Shown here one piece after another: positions 1-10,770 of a stretch of DNA of 64,000 bases; within the stretch, counting starts at the first letter, position 1; each line of letters opens with the position of its first letter. A program made the translations under genes and the position numbers. The notes beneath the pieces are model-generated. The model searched no databases. It was not told the DNA's origin and saw nothing but the letters and a program-made list of their open reading frames with translations. Origin of the DNA: Treponemataceae bacterium (GTDB lineage: Bacteria; Spirochaetota; Spirochaetia; Treponematales; Rectinemataceae); the NCBI GenBank assembly GCA_963667725.2, contig CAXXHO010000003.1, positions 1,600,001 to 1,664,000 of the forward strand. Reading direction: 5' to 3'.

Positions 1-1139
1 GCGTTGGCCGTGTACAAGTAGCCAGTCGATGTATTGACCAGCCGGTGGTCGGGGAGCGTCCATTTTCCCGAATCGTGCTCTCTGTTGTAGAGGTAGGTGG
101 TGGTCCGATAGCCCTCGTAGCTCAGGCGCAGGCCTCCCGGTTCCGAAAAGCTGTTCTCCCGAAGCGAATAATCGGCTTCCCTCATGCGGCCGAAGGCGTA
201 GGGCGCGCCGCCCGCGATTTTCCATTCGGCGCCGCCCAGGAATCCCAGGGCGGTCGGCCGAGCCGGGGAACCGTCGGAGGTCTCCCAGGGCATGACGAGA
301 TCGTCCATCACGATTTCTCCGAAGGTCCTGACCGTTCCGAATCTGATCTCGGCGTTGGCATCGAGCATGACGTTGCTGTAGGCGTCCTGGTACATGTTGT
401 GATAGACGGCGAAGGGCGAAATATCGATGAGGCCGGGCACTATGTCGTGGATGAGGTTGAGTTCGCCCACGGCAATCCTCAGCCGGTCGCTCGCGTAGCC
501 GACCCGATGGGCGAAAATGTTTTTATAGCCCCATCCGGCAGGTTCAGGGTCCAGCTGGGTCCACACGTTGCCGGCCCTGTCCGCCCCGATGGCGACGAAA
601 CCGTACCACCACTCGCCCTTCCGCGTGGGGAAGCGATAGTCGATCCACAGGTGATCCATGTAGGGCGCGCTGTCGGATATGGCGAGCCCATAAGTGCCTG
701 GCCCCCATTTGAGCTGGCGCCTTCCTATCGAAAGCAGAAGCTTCTCGCCCCCGAACTCAAAATAGCCGACGGTGGGCATGTTTGCGTCGCCTATGGAGTT
801 GATGCCATGGGCGACGAAGGGCAGATTGCTGTAATACCGTTCGGTGGCGAAGGATTGGAAATCGGGCCGTATATCGACGCGGAAAACGATTTCCGACCTG
901 GCGGCATGCAGCTCGAGTCCCAGATTGAGCACGGAAGGGAAATCGTAGTAACGGGCATAATCCTCAGGACTCAGGGACAGCGTGTCGCCGAGAGGATCGA
1001 CGCTTGTGAGGCTGAAGGCAGGCATTGCCTGTACAAAAAACAGAGCCTCCCCCGGCAGCGGAGCCGGGGCGATCCATGAGCATACGCCGAACAGGCAGAA
1101 GAACAAGAGCCCGAGCGGCTTCGGTTTCGGACCTGTCAT
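1..1139 (-). CDS. Secreted/outer-membrane protein, partial (runs off window start)
   Basis: Manual minus-strand translation MTGPKPKPLGLLFFCLFGVCSWIAPAP...IGRRQLKWGPG...; signal-peptide-like N-terminus; ATGA overlap with the stop of the upstream gene. Confidence 0.6.
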   Translation of the reverse strand, partial: MTGPKPKPLGLLFFCLFGVCSWIAPAPLPGEALFFVQAMPAFSLTSVDPLGDTLSLSPEDYARYYDFPSVLNLGLELHAARSEIVFRVDIRPDFQSFATERYYSNLPFVAHGINSIGDANMPTVGYFEFGGEKLLLSIGRRQLKWGPGTYGLAISDSAPYMDHLWIDYRFPTRKGEWWYGFVAIGADRAGNVWTQLDPEPAGWGYKNIFAHRVGYASDRLRIAVGELNLIHDIVPGLIDISPFAVYHNMYQDAYSNVMLDANAEIRFGTVRTFGEIVMDDLVMPWETSDGSPARPTALGFLGGAEWKIAGGAPYAFGRMREADYSLRENSFSEPGGLRLSYEGYRTTTYLYNREHDSGKWTLPDHRLVNTSTGYLYTAN

Positions 1140-3208
1140 CCGAAAATCGGTCCGAGCCATCCGGCGAAATACGCTACGGCGAAGGCTATGACGATGAGAA
1201 GCGCGATGTAGAGCGCCCAGGGCTTCTTTTTCTCGGCGAACGGATCCTTGACGACCTTGGCGGCCCCAGGAGGCAGAACGGCGAGGTGGCTCAGGGTCGC
1301 GCCGAAGGGAACGTTGATCTTAAGCCGTCCATTAACCGCCCAGCCTTCCGCGTTGAGCAGAGGGCCCAGGTTCCTTTTCCGCAGCTTCATGTAGGCAAGA
1401 ATCATGGAGGGACCGGAGATGAGGAGGAAAATGGCGGCGACGCCGACGGGCATCCAGACGCCCATGCCGAAGAATATCCCCAGAATCCCCGTAACCATCG
1501 CGCCGACGCTTCCCAAGGCGACACCTATGGCCGCCACGGTTCCGACGTCTATTTTCTTGGGCGCCAGCTGCTCTGGTTTGGGTCCGTTGACCGTCGCCTG
1601 CGCGACTCCCTTCATCTTGTCCATGTTCGCGGCTTCCGCCGTGGCCGCCCGCTTCATGGCGAGTTCCTCTACCGTCCTGATGAGCAGCTTGTAAGGGCTG
1701 AAGAAGGCTTCGCGGATGCTGATTGGCTGGATGACGACCTTTGTGATGACGGCATCCCAATCGGTGCCTTCCGTATCGTAGTAAATGCCGTTCCGGCCAA
1801 TGAAGATGTTGTCGGCGTCGCCTGCGGTCAAGGCCGCGACAATCGACTTTTTCCTGCCGTCCTTTCGGGAGAGATCGCAATAGATGAGATAGATGGACGA
1901 CAAACCGGCCATCGTACCGTGGGCCGGGGCGTTTTTTACGTCCAGGCACAACTCCATTTCCCTGCCGTCGAGAAAGAGCCTGCCCGACATGAACATTCCT
2001 CTTTTCCGGACATAGAATTCGTCAAGGTTGACAAAATTCCCCAAAATGCGCAGAAAATCCCTCTTCAGGATCAGCAGGGTTCTGATCTTGCCCAAAGATT
2101 CGGCCTTCTCTGCCATCGCCAGATCCTTTTCTATAAGCGCGCGCAGCTTTTCCAGGGCATCCTGGCCGAAAGCGGGCTCGAAAACCTGACCATCCAAAAC
2201 GGCCACGCCCGTCTTGGGCTTGGAATCGGCCCAGGCGTTATATGAATACATCGTCGCCGCGATATTCTCCCATTCGGCCTGCGTGACGACATTCGCGCTG
2301 CCGAGCTTTTTCGCCGAAAGGGCGAAAAACGAAAGAACCGCCTTGCCATGACTGGGATGGAGGGCGCCATCGAGGCGCAGAACGCATGCGGCGTCGGGCA
2401 GGGCGACCGGCAGTCTCGCCAACTCTTCGGAATCGGCGGGTAGATTTCTGGACAGAACCGATGCCATGAGCGCTTCCAGCTCCCCCATGATTGAAGATCC
2501 CGACATGGCCAGAATGCGGCAGCGCTTGAAATAATCATCGAGCTGGGGACCGATCGCCTTGAAAAGATCGGCCGCCTTCCTGCCCTCCTCTTCCGAGGCG
2601 AAAAGACCCGTAAAAGCCTCGGCTCCGCCCAGCCATGAGCGGTAATCCGCTACGTCGGCGCTAAACCTGTCCAGGGAAGCCGCGTCCACGCCCGCTTCGC
2701 CGCAGGAATCCTGGACCGCGTAGCCCGTTCCGACCAGGGTGGCGATCAGCGCCTTCGAAGCCTCGTCCTCGGCCGAAGTCGATACCACGACGCCATCCCC
2801 GTTGAAAGGCAGGGCGGAGAACGTGTTTATGGCCTCTTCGACCGTGGTGAGATCGATAGATGTATGCTTGCCCTGCATCCGCGAGACGGCTTGATTCAGA
2901 GCGGCGTCCTTCAGCTGCTCGGCGGCGATGCTGTCGTTCTGCTCAAAGAGAATATCGAGCGAATTCAGCTGCCCCTTCAGCTCCTCGATGGTTCTGAGGA
3001 TATCGGTGACCCTTATCTTTCCGTCTTTGTCGGCATCGAGATAGGCTAGACCGTCCTTGAAGGCGGGCTGGGCGGCCGGCATGGCGAGGACTGCCCACAA
3101 TTTCTGATCCAGGTCGCCAAGCCGGGCTATATCGGCTCCATTTCTGATGACTACCTGATCCACACCGCCGATCCGGGAAAAACTCCAAGCGCCAGCAGTC
3201 TCTTTCAT
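1136..3208 (-). CDS. Conserved hypothetical membrane-anchored protein (EF-hand-like motif, C-terminal TM helices)
   Basis: 690-aa ORF with GGAG RBS; DADKDGKI motif; hydrophobic C-terminal segments. Confidence 0.7.
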   Translation of the reverse strand: MKETAGAWSFSRIGGVDQVVIRNGADIARLGDLDQKLWAVLAMPAAQPAFKDGLAYLDADKDGKIRVTDILRTIEELKGQLNSLDILFEQNDSIAAEQLKDAALNQAVSRMQGKHTSIDLTTVEEAINTFSALPFNGDGVVVSTSAEDEASKALIATLVGTGYAVQDSCGEAGVDAASLDRFSADVADYRSWLGGAEAFTGLFASEEEGRKAADLFKAIGPQLDDYFKRCRILAMSGSSIMGELEALMASVLSRNLPADSEELARLPVALPDAACVLRLDGALHPSHGKAVLSFFALSAKKLGSANVVTQAEWENIAATMYSYNAWADSKPKTGVAVLDGQVFEPAFGQDALEKLRALIEKDLAMAEKAESLGKIRTLLILKRDFLRILGNFVNLDEFYVRKRGMFMSGRLFLDGREMELCLDVKNAPAHGTMAGLSSIYLIYCDLSRKDGRKKSIVAALTAGDADNIFIGRNGIYYDTEGTDWDAVITKVVIQPISIREAFFSPYKLLIRTVEELAMKRAATAEAANMDKMKGVAQATVNGPKPEQLAPKKIDVGTVAAIGVALGSVGAMVTGILGIFFGMGVWMPVGVAAIFLLISGPSMILAYMKLRKRNLGPLLNAEGWAVNGRLKINVPFGATLSHLAVLPPGAAKVVKDPFAEKKKPWALYIALLIVIAFAVAYFAGWLGPIFG

Positions 3209-3400
3209 GGAGATAGACTCCTTATCTGTACGATCATTCTAGTCGCTGCCTGTCACAGTATCAGCGGTTTTCTTTTTCCGCGCAAGGCTATATACAGATT
3301 TCCAGGCATAAGTCATTTGACCGGCTCCAGAGAATTTAGCTATACTATATGAGCAAATCCCAAACGGAAAATTTCCAGGAAAGATATTCAAGGAGCCGTC

Positions 3401-3718
3401 ATGAGCGTCGAAGTAACCCTTACCTCAGCCAACTTCCAGGCGGAAGTTCTCGATTCGAAAATCCCCGTCCTCGTCGATTTCTGGGCCGAATGGTGTATGC
3501 CCTGCAGGATGATCGCCCCTTCGATCGCCCAGATCGCCGAAGCCAATGAAGGCAAAATCAAGGTAGGGAAAGTGAATGTCGACGATGAAGGCGATATAGC
3601 CTCGCAATATGGCATCATCTCGATCCCCACGCTTCTGTTTTTCAAGGACGGCCAGCTCGCCAAACAGAAAGTGGGAGCCCTACCCAAACACGAGATCGAG
3701 AACTTCATTAAAGACTGA
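3401..3718 (+). CDS. trxA: Thioredoxin
   Basis: VDFWAEWCMPC active-site motif, 105 aa. Confidence 0.95.
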   Translation: MSVEVTLTSANFQAEVLDSKIPVLVDFWAEWCMPCRMIAPSIAQIAEANEGKIKVGKVNVDDEGDIASQYGIISIPTLLFFKDGQLAKQKVGALPKHEIENFIKD

Positions 3719-3748
3719 ACCCAAACACGCCGGAGCGGCTCCAGGATC

Positions 3749-4885
3749 TTAGCCGGTCTTGGAGCCGCTCTTCCTTGTCTTCTTGGAACCTGCGGCGGAT
3801 TTTCCCGGAGCCGCGATGCCAGGACTCTGTGTGCCCGATTCCCCAACCTGCCATTGACCGGCCCCCACCTCGCCATCTCGATTCCGATGCAGGGGCTTGG
3901 AAGCCGAGCTCTTCCAGGGAAATCCGTCTTCCCATAACGGCGGGCTGGAACAAGGCCAGAGATCGGCAATTGTCAACTCCTCCAGAAATCCTGAAAGCTT
4001 AGCCGAATCGACCTCGCCGGTTTTGGCTGAAGAAACGAAGAAAACGCCGTCCACCGGCTGATCTTCTTCCCTGAGTCTTAGCATGATAAGGCCGGTCTCG
4101 TCCGGAATTCCGCCCGCATCGGACCAGAAATCCCTTCCCGCGACGCTCGCGTCCACACCTCCCGAAAGCGAAAGATCAGGCCCGGTCTCGTCCACTTCGG
4201 ACGGAAGGCCTTCGGGTGCGCAATGCAGGACAACAATCGAATTCTTGGCCGCTTCGCAGGGAGGAAAGGTGTAGGACATGGTCTTTACCGAACTGGCCCA
4301 TTGCACCTGTACTCCTCCGGTGTTCCCGCCTTCCTCGACCGTAAACTCGATATAATCCCTATGGAGGTTGCTGGCTGAACTGTTCTTGCCCGTCTGTATC
4401 TCGTTTATGCGCAGCAGCGCGGGCTTTTCGTTGTAGCCGACGAAGGAAAAGAGGAATCTCGTCGTATTGCCGGACTCATCCCTAGCCTCGCCGGAAAGAG
4501 AGCAGGCCTCTCCTGCCGCGGCCGCGGGATCCAGCGAGACGGTCAGGAGCGCCCCTTCGGAATCGGGAGTCGCTCTGGTAGCCGCGGGATCGAAAGCAAA
4601 ACTCTGGATTATCGGCTGGACATTTTCATCGAAGAGAATCTTAAAGGTCCCCGGATCGCTCTGGCCCGCGTCGAGAATGGATGGAGGCCTGATATCGCCC
4701 GCCGGCAGAAGTATGTCCGAAGGATCGGGGGAACAGGCGGCCATGAAAGCGGCGGCCGCGAGACAAGGCCAAAGCCAGGCGTTTCGCCCTGAGGTGAATG
4801 GATAAGGGCAGCTGCCGCCGCCTGAACTTCTTTTAAGGCTGGCGGCTTCTGGCCCCAGCATTCCCGAAAGTCCGGACCTCCCCAT
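3749..4885 (-). CDS. Hypothetical lipoprotein
   Basis: Long ORF with GGAGG RBS before MGRSG; lipobox-like FMAAC; start uncertain. Confidence 0.6.
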   Translation of the reverse strand: MGRSGLSGMLGPEAASLKRSSGGGSCPYPFTSGRNAWLWPCLAAAAFMAACSPDPSDILLPAGDIRPPSILDAGQSDPGTFKILFDENVQPIIQSFAFDPAATRATPDSEGALLTVSLDPAAAAGEACSLSGEARDESGNTTRFLFSFVGYNEKPALLRINEIQTGKNSSASNLHRDYIEFTVEEGGNTGGVQVQWASSVKTMSYTFPPCEAAKNSIVVLHCAPEGLPSEVDETGPDLSLSGGVDASVAGRDFWSDAGGIPDETGLIMLRLREEDQPVDGVFFVSSAKTGEVDSAKLSGFLEELTIADLWPCSSPPLWEDGFPWKSSASKPLHRNRDGEVGAGQWQVGESGTQSPGIAAPGKSAAGSKKTRKSGSKTG

Positions 4886-4982
4886 GGATACCTCCTGGCC
4901 AAGTCTCACCTTGTGAACGTCCGGAGAATATTCCTTCGCTTCAATATTGCCGCGTGGCGCCTCCCTGAAGTAAGATTGTCGC

Positions 4983-5441
4983 ATGAATATTGTAATAGCC
5001 AACGACCATGGCGCCGTCGATCTTAAAAAACGGCTTCTCCAATGGTTGCAGAAAAAGGGGCATTCGGTGAAGAATCTGGGGGTCGACTCGGAAGACAGGG
5101 TCGATTACCCCGACATGGCGACTCTGGCGGTCAAGGAGTATTCCAAGGGCGGCTATGATTTCGGCATCCTGCTCTGCGGGACCGGCATCGGGATTTCCAT
5201 CGCCGCGAACAGGCATAAGGGAATCCGCTGCGCCCTCATACACGACAGCTTCACCGCCCTCATGGCCAAGGAGCACAACAACGCCAACTTTCTCGCCTTC
5301 GGCGGAAGGGTTCAATACAGGGAAAAGCCCGAAGATATTCTGGAAGTGTTCATGAACGCCAGTTTCCAGGGCGGCCGCCACGAGCTGAGAATAGAAAAGC
5401 TGGACGCGTTCGAGGAAACGGAGAATTTCACCTTGCCCTGA
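4983..5441 (+). CDS. rpiB: Ribose-5-phosphate isomerase B
   Basis: NDHGA, DYPD, CGTGIG, HNNAN and GGRH motifs. Confidence 0.95.
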   Translation: MNIVIANDHGAVDLKKRLLQWLQKKGHSVKNLGVDSEDRVDYPDMATLAVKEYSKGGYDFGILLCGTGIGISIAANRHKGIRCALIHDSFTALMAKEHNNANFLAFGGRVQYREKPEDILEVFMNASFQGGRHELRIEKLDAFEETENFTLP

Positions 5442-6483
5442 TGCGGAGAAGGTCGGCCCGGTCGACGACGAGGCTGGCTCCGTAGAGGGCGGCGCCCAAG
5501 AGGCCGGCTCTGTGCGACAGAAGCGCCGTCTCGAATTTGCATTGCTTCCAGGCATCGCGATACACCTTCTCGCGCACGAGTTCGGCGATCCGCGCCGGCA
5601 GGTGGGGGGCTCCCGCGATGACGCCGCCGCCGAAGACGACGGTATCGGGCGCCATCATGGCCAAGGCTACCGATACGGCGCGGGCCAGGGCCTCGGCGGC
5701 GACCGCGTCGACGGCGAGCGCGAGGCGATCCCCGGCCGCGTAGGCTTCGTAGACTTCCCGGGCGTTGAAACATTCACCGGCGAGCGCGCGCGCCGCCAGG
5801 GGCGAATCTTTAAATGAGGAGGCAGGGCCGGCGGCGCGCGCCATCGACCCGAGCCCCGCGTCTTCTCCCCTGCCCAAGGCGGCCGCCACCCTCCCGATGG
5901 AAGGCCCCGAAGCGTAGGCCTCGGAGCAGCCGTCGATGCCGCAGGCGCAGCGCCTGCCGGAAGGTTCGATCACGAAATGCCCGATCTCCAGCGCCCTGTC
6001 GTCGCAGCCGCCGAAGATCCTGCCGTCTTCCACATAGCCGCCGCCGATCCCCGTCCCCAGACCTATGAACAGCAAACCTTTAAGGCTTCCTTCCCTCGCC
6101 GCCCACTCCCCGTAGGCGGCCATATTGCCGTCGTTGCGAACGGCGCAGGGAGCGGCGGCCATTGCCGAGACTTCATCGCGGAGTCTCGTTCCATACCAGC
6201 CGGAAATATTGGCCGACATGCCGACGATGACTCCGTCGCTATCCACCCCGCCCGGCGTGCCTACACCCACGGAGGCAATCGTGCCGACGGCCGAAAGCTC
6301 GGCGATAACGCCGCGGATGACTTCCAGGACGGCGGCCGCGCCGCACGAGGCGGCCGTCTCCCGCGAGGCGGGCGTGGTCCGCGACACTTCAAGTCGCGAC
6401 TTCCCCGCGCCATCCAGGACGACGCCCTTTATGGTTTGCCCGCCTATGTCCAGGCCGGCGTAGAGCTTTTCCATTCGATTCAT
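5428..6483 (-). CDS. ROK family sugar kinase
   Basis: DIGG, GLGTGIGGG, EIGH and CxCGxxGCxE motifs. Confidence 0.9.
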   Translation of the reverse strand: MNRMEKLYAGLDIGGQTIKGVVLDGAGKSRLEVSRTTPASRETAASCGAAAVLEVIRGVIAELSAVGTIASVGVGTPGGVDSDGVIVGMSANISGWYGTRLRDEVSAMAAAPCAVRNDGNMAAYGEWAAREGSLKGLLFIGLGTGIGGGYVEDGRIFGGCDDRALEIGHFVIEPSGRRCACGIDGCSEAYASGPSIGRVAAALGRGEDAGLGSMARAAGPASSFKDSPLAARALAGECFNAREVYEAYAAGDRLALAVDAVAAEALARAVSVALAMMAPDTVVFGGGVIAGAPHLPARIAELVREKVYRDAWKQCKFETALLSHRAGLLGAALYGASLVVDRADLLRIRAR

Positions 6484-6489
6484 TTCCTT

Positions 6490-7905
6490 TCAGAGAAGAT
6501 AGGTTTCTCCCGCTTGGACTATCTCAACGGCGGCGGCGCCAGCTCCCAGCACCTTCTCCCTCATCGAAGCGAGGGCTTCCGATTCGCCATGGACGAGGAA
6601 CACTTTCTTGATCCTCGCGATATCGGTTCCCTTCAGCCAGTCGAGGGTTTCCTTCCAGTCGGCGTGAGCCGAAAAAGCGTCTATTTCCTGGATATCGGCC
6701 TTCACCCTGAACCAGTCTCCATGGATCCGCACATCCTTGGCCCCGTCCCTCAATCGCCTGCCCAGGGTTCCCTCGGCCATATAGCCGACGATAAGGATGG
6801 TGTTCGCGGCGCTGCCCACATTGTGGATCAGATGATGCTGTATCCTGCCGAACTCGCACATTCCGTCGGCGGAAATGACGATCATGGAACCCTTCGCCGC
6901 GTTGAGGGCCTTGGAATCGGCGACCGTCCTTGAAAAACGAAGCGCGGCGAAGCCGAAAGGATTTTCGGAATGGACCGTGAAGGCATCGTGAGTCTGCTGG
7001 TCGTAACATTCTGGATGAAGGCGGAATATCTCCGTCGCGTCCACCGCCATCGGCGAATCCACCCAGATAGGCAGGTCGGGAATTTCACCCTTATCCTGAA
7101 GAAGGTGAAGATTGAAAACAAGCTCCTGCGTTCTTTCCACGGCGAAGGCGGGAATGATGATCTTGCCGCCTGACCTGGCGGTGTTCGTCACGATATAAGC
7201 CAGTCTTTTCAGGGCATCGGAAGTGTCCTCGTGCAGTTTGTTGCCGTAGGTGCTCTCCAGAACCAGGTAATCGAGGTCCTCGAGGAATTCCGGATCGCGG
7301 ATAATCGGCTTGTCCTTCCTGCCAAGATCCCCGCTGAAGCCCACCACGAGCTCCTCGCCGTCGGCCGCCTTCAGTTTCATGCGAACCAGGGCGGAACCCA
7401 GTATGTGGCCGGCGTCGAAAAACTCGATCGAGACGCCATCCATGAGGGTAATAGGTCGGTGATAGTTGATGGTGACGAACTGGCCCGTCGTCTGGACGAC
7501 ATCCAGGTCGTTGTACAGCGGCTTCCAGTCGAATTTTTCATTCTTCTTGTCAGCCTGGCGTGAGAGATAGTCGGCATCGCGGGCCTGGATGCGCGCCGAG
7601 TCCATCATCACGAGATTGGCGAGATCCCTCGTCGCCGAGGTCGAGTAGATATTACCCGAAAATCCGCGCTTGACCAAAAGCGGCAGGAGCCCGCAATGGT
7701 CGAAATGAGCGTGCGTGAGGACGACGGCGTCGATGTCCGAGGCGGGAAGGTCACCGAGCAGGGCTCGGTTTTTCGCGTCCGATTCGGCTCTTCTTCCTTG
7801 AAAAGCCCCGCAATCGACCAATATCCGTTTCCCGTCCATTTCGACAAGATGCTTGGAACCCGTCACTTCACCCGCGGCGCCCAGGGAGCGAATGGTTATA
7901 CTCAT
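6490..7905 (-). CDS. MBL-fold beta-CASP ribonuclease
   Basis: THAHFDH, AGHILGS, ESTYG and FSAHAD motifs. Confidence 0.92.
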   Translation of the reverse strand: MSITIRSLGAAGEVTGSKHLVEMDGKRILVDCGAFQGRRAESDAKNRALLGDLPASDIDAVVLTHAHFDHCGLLPLLVKRGFSGNIYSTSATRDLANLVMMDSARIQARDADYLSRQADKKNEKFDWKPLYNDLDVVQTTGQFVTINYHRPITLMDGVSIEFFDAGHILGSALVRMKLKAADGEELVVGFSGDLGRKDKPIIRDPEFLEDLDYLVLESTYGNKLHEDTSDALKRLAYIVTNTARSGGKIIIPAFAVERTQELVFNLHLLQDKGEIPDLPIWVDSPMAVDATEIFRLHPECYDQQTHDAFTVHSENPFGFAALRFSRTVADSKALNAAKGSMIVISADGMCEFGRIQHHLIHNVGSAANTILIVGYMAEGTLGRRLRDGAKDVRIHGDWFRVKADIQEIDAFSAHADWKETLDWLKGTDIARIKKVFLVHGESEALASMREKVLGAGAAAVEIVQAGETYLL

Positions 7906-8001
7906 ATCGTGAATATACCACCAAGTTTACCCCAGGCCAAGAAACCTTGCCTTCGGCCGTACTTGCGGAATTCTCGAATATCTGTCTATTATCATTCCAG
8001 C

Positions 8002-9180
8002 ATGGCTGACAGGATAACCCTTACCGTTGAAAAGCTCGCTTCGGGCGGCGACGGTATCGCATTCCTCGACGGTAAGGCCGTCTTCATCCCCTTCAGCATT
8101 CCCGGCGAGAAAATAACCTGCGAAATCGCCGAAACATCCAAAGACTACATCCGCGCGAGACTCCTCGACGTTCTTGTCCCCTCCCCCTTCAGGGTAAAGC
8201 CTCCCTGTCCTATTTTCGGCCTCTGCGGCGGCTGCGGCCTCCAGCATATCGAATACGGCCATCAGCTCGAATTCAAGGCCGCGGCCGTCCGGGACAGCTT
8301 CAGGCGCATCGCCAAACTTGATCCGACAGAAATGACGATAAAGAGCGGCGCGCCCTACGGCTACAGGAACAGGGTCCAGCTTCACATCGCTCAGGATCAT
8401 GGAATCGGCTTCATGGAAGCCGATTCCGCCTCCTCACTGAGAGCCGAAGGCTGCCCCGTCGCCGCGCCCTGCATCGACGTCTGGCTCCGCCGTCAGAACC
8501 GGAAGTCCAGACCGGACAAAGAGCTTCAGGCGCGCATCGGCCAGCGCGACCGCTTCGTCGTGTTCGGACAGGATGATCGGCTCTACATCGAAGGGATCGA
8601 CCCGCAGGCGAAAGCCATGGTGGCGGGCAGGGAATACCGTTTCCCGCTCAAGCACTTTTTCCAGAGCAACCTGGAGATGGCCGGCGCCCTCGTCGACGAC
8701 GCCCTGCGGGGCATCTCGGGACAAAAGGCCGTCGACCTCTACAGCGGCGCCGGCCTCTTCGCCGCCCGCCTGGCCGGGCAGTTCGGCGAAGTGACCTGCG
8801 TCGAGAGCGACGCCGTGTCGCTGGAAGCCGCCCGGGGCAATCTGCCCGCGGGAACCGGACGTTTCGTGCCCACCGACGTCGAAACCTGGGCCCTGGCGGC
8901 CGCCGCGCGCGCTCGCCGCGGGGAAGCCTCCCGCTTCGACTGGGTCCTCGCCGATCCTCCGCGCAGCGGCCTCTCGCCCGCCACCAGGGAATGGCTGAAA
9001 GGCGCCGATATAGGCGGCTTCATCTACGTTTCCTGCGATCACGTGACGATGGCGCGCGATATCGGCGACCTTACCCGCGCGGGCTGGAGCCTGGAATCCT
9101 TGACGCTGTATGATTTTTATCCCCAGACGGGATATATCGAAGCCCTCGGGCGGCTCAGGCCGCCCGGGAAGGCCACATAG
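8002..9180 (+). CDS. TRAM-domain rRNA (uracil-5)-methyltransferase, RlmD/TrmA family
   Basis: CxxFGLCGGC Fe-S motif, FFQSN, DLYSGAG, DPPRSG, YVSC. Confidence 0.9.
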   Translation: MADRITLTVEKLASGGDGIAFLDGKAVFIPFSIPGEKITCEIAETSKDYIRARLLDVLVPSPFRVKPPCPIFGLCGGCGLQHIEYGHQLEFKAAAVRDSFRRIAKLDPTEMTIKSGAPYGYRNRVQLHIAQDHGIGFMEADSASSLRAEGCPVAAPCIDVWLRRQNRKSRPDKELQARIGQRDRFVVFGQDDRLYIEGIDPQAKAMVAGREYRFPLKHFFQSNLEMAGALVDDALRGISGQKAVDLYSGAGLFAARLAGQFGEVTCVESDAVSLEAARGNLPAGTGRFVPTDVETWALAAAARARRGEASRFDWVLADPPRSGLSPATREWLKGADIGGFIYVSCDHVTMARDIGDLTRAGWSLESLTLYDFYPQTGYIEALGRLRPPGKAT

Positions 9181-9189
9181 GAGGCTACC

Positions 9190-10770
9190 ATGGAACGATC
9201 CGGTCCATTCAAAGGCAGAACGATTGCCGTCGTGAACGATCTTTCGCTCGATGAACAGCGATATCTCTATAAAAAAGCCAGCGAACTGAAGAATCTCGCC
9301 CGTTCGGGCGGGGACCTGAGTCCCTTCAAGATCAACGATCCCAGTTACCAGGCCTACCTCATCTTCATGGAAGACTCGACGAGGACGCGCGAATCTTTCC
9401 GCAACGCGGCAAAATTCCTCGGCTGCCGCACCAATGTCTTCGACGCGGCCTCCAGTTCCTTCAACAAGAACGAATCCATGACGGATGCCATAAAAATGCT
9501 GTATGGCTATTCGGCCGACTCCTGCTTCATCCTGCGCACGAAGCTCGAAGGCGCCTGCCGCTGGCTTCAGGGCGCCCTCTCCCGCTACGCCGAGATTTCC
9601 GGCGGCCCCCGCCCCGGATTCATCAACGCGGGCGACGGGAAGCACGAGCACCCCACCCAGGAATTCCTCGACGAATTCTCCTTTCTCGAACAGCTGAACT
9701 GGAACGAGGACCACATCCATATCGCCCTCACCGGCGACCTCTACCATGGGCGCACCGTCCATTCCAAGGCCGATGGATTGCGGATCTTCCGGAACGTCGA
9801 GGTGGATCTCGTAGCCCCCGAGCTGCTCTCCATGCCGCCCTATTACATCGAAAGGATGAAGGCCAACGGCTACAAGATCAATGCCTACGAATCACTGGAC
9901 GAATACCTGGCTTCGGGCAAGGTGGCGCCCATCTGGTACTTCACGAGGCTTCAGCTCGAACGCATGGGCGACTCGGTGCTGGAACGCGCGCCCTTCCTCC
10001 GGAAAAGCGTGACCTTCCGCAAGGACATGCTGAGCCTCCTGCCCGACGATGCCTGCTTCTACCACCCTCTGCCCCGCGACCGCCTCAATCCGACCAATCC
10101 CACCTTCCTCGATGAGCTGCCGCTCAATCGATGGGACGCGCAGTCGGCCAACGGCTATTGGACGAGGATCATAGAGATAGGCATGGTCTCGGGCCTTCTC
10201 GGCAAGGATTTCGAGGGAGCCTTCGCCATGGAACCGGATATCGTGGAAGACTTCATCATCGAAGCTCCCTCCGCCGACCACAGCAAGCCTGAGTATAAAG
10301 TGGGCATCAAGCCGGTTGAGGAAGGTATCGTCATCGACCATATCGCGTCGGGAGAACCCATCGAAAAGATATGGAGCAACGTGGAGGCGGTGCGCAAGAT
10401 CCTAAAGCTCAACGTCCGCTCGAGCCATGGCGTCTACCACTCATTCAAGGGCACCGATGTCTACAAGGGCATCATCTCCCTGCCTGACATCATCAGCTTC
10501 GGTGAGAAGGACCTGAAAAAACTGGCCGCGATAGCGCCCGGCTGCACGCTCAACCTCATCCGCGATTCGAAGGTCGCGAAAAAATATCGCCTGGCCATGC
10601 CGCCCCGGATCTATGGTTTCGAGGAAATTTCCTGCAAGAATGAGAACTGCATCTCCAATCCGAAGAACAACGAGGGCGTGACCACGGAGTTCAGGCGAAA
10701 GTCGGGTTCCACCTTCGTGTGCCGCTACTGCGAGCGCGAACACCCGTTCAGGGAGATCTGGGACATCTAG
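9190..10770 (+). CDS. pyrBI: Fused aspartate carbamoyltransferase catalytic/regulatory subunit
   Basis: STRTRESF, HPTQ and HPLP motifs plus a C-terminal PyrI domain (VIDHI, CxNxxC...CxYC). Confidence 0.93.
   Translation: MERSGPFKGRTIAVVNDLSLDEQRYLYKKASELKNLARSGGDLSPFKINDPSYQAYLIFMEDSTRTRESFRNAAKFLGCRTNVFDAASSSFNKNESMTDAIKMLYGYSADSCFILRTKLEGACRWLQGALSRYAEISGGPRPGFINAGDGKHEHPTQEFLDEFSFLEQLNWNEDHIHIALTGDLYHGRTVHSKADGLRIFRNVEVDLVAPELLSMPPYYIERMKANGYKINAYESLDEYLASGKVAPIWYFTRLQLERMGDSVLERAPFLRKSVTFRKDMLSLLPDDACFYHPLPRDRLNPTNPTFLDELPLNRWDAQSANGYWTRIIEIGMVSGLLGKDFEGAFAMEPDIVEDFIIEAPSADHSKPEYKVGIKPVEEGIVIDHIASGEPIEKIWSNVEAVRKILKLNVRSSHGVYHSFKGTDVYKGIISLPDIISFGEKDLKKLAAIAPGCTLNLIRDSKVAKKYRLAMPPRIYGFEEISCKNENCISNPKNNEGVTTEFRRKSGSTFVCRYCEREHPFREIWDI

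Noticed and set aside
45..2245. Long plus-strand ORFs 45-1079 and 1025-2245
   Set aside because: Antisense shadows of minus-strand genes in GC-rich DNA
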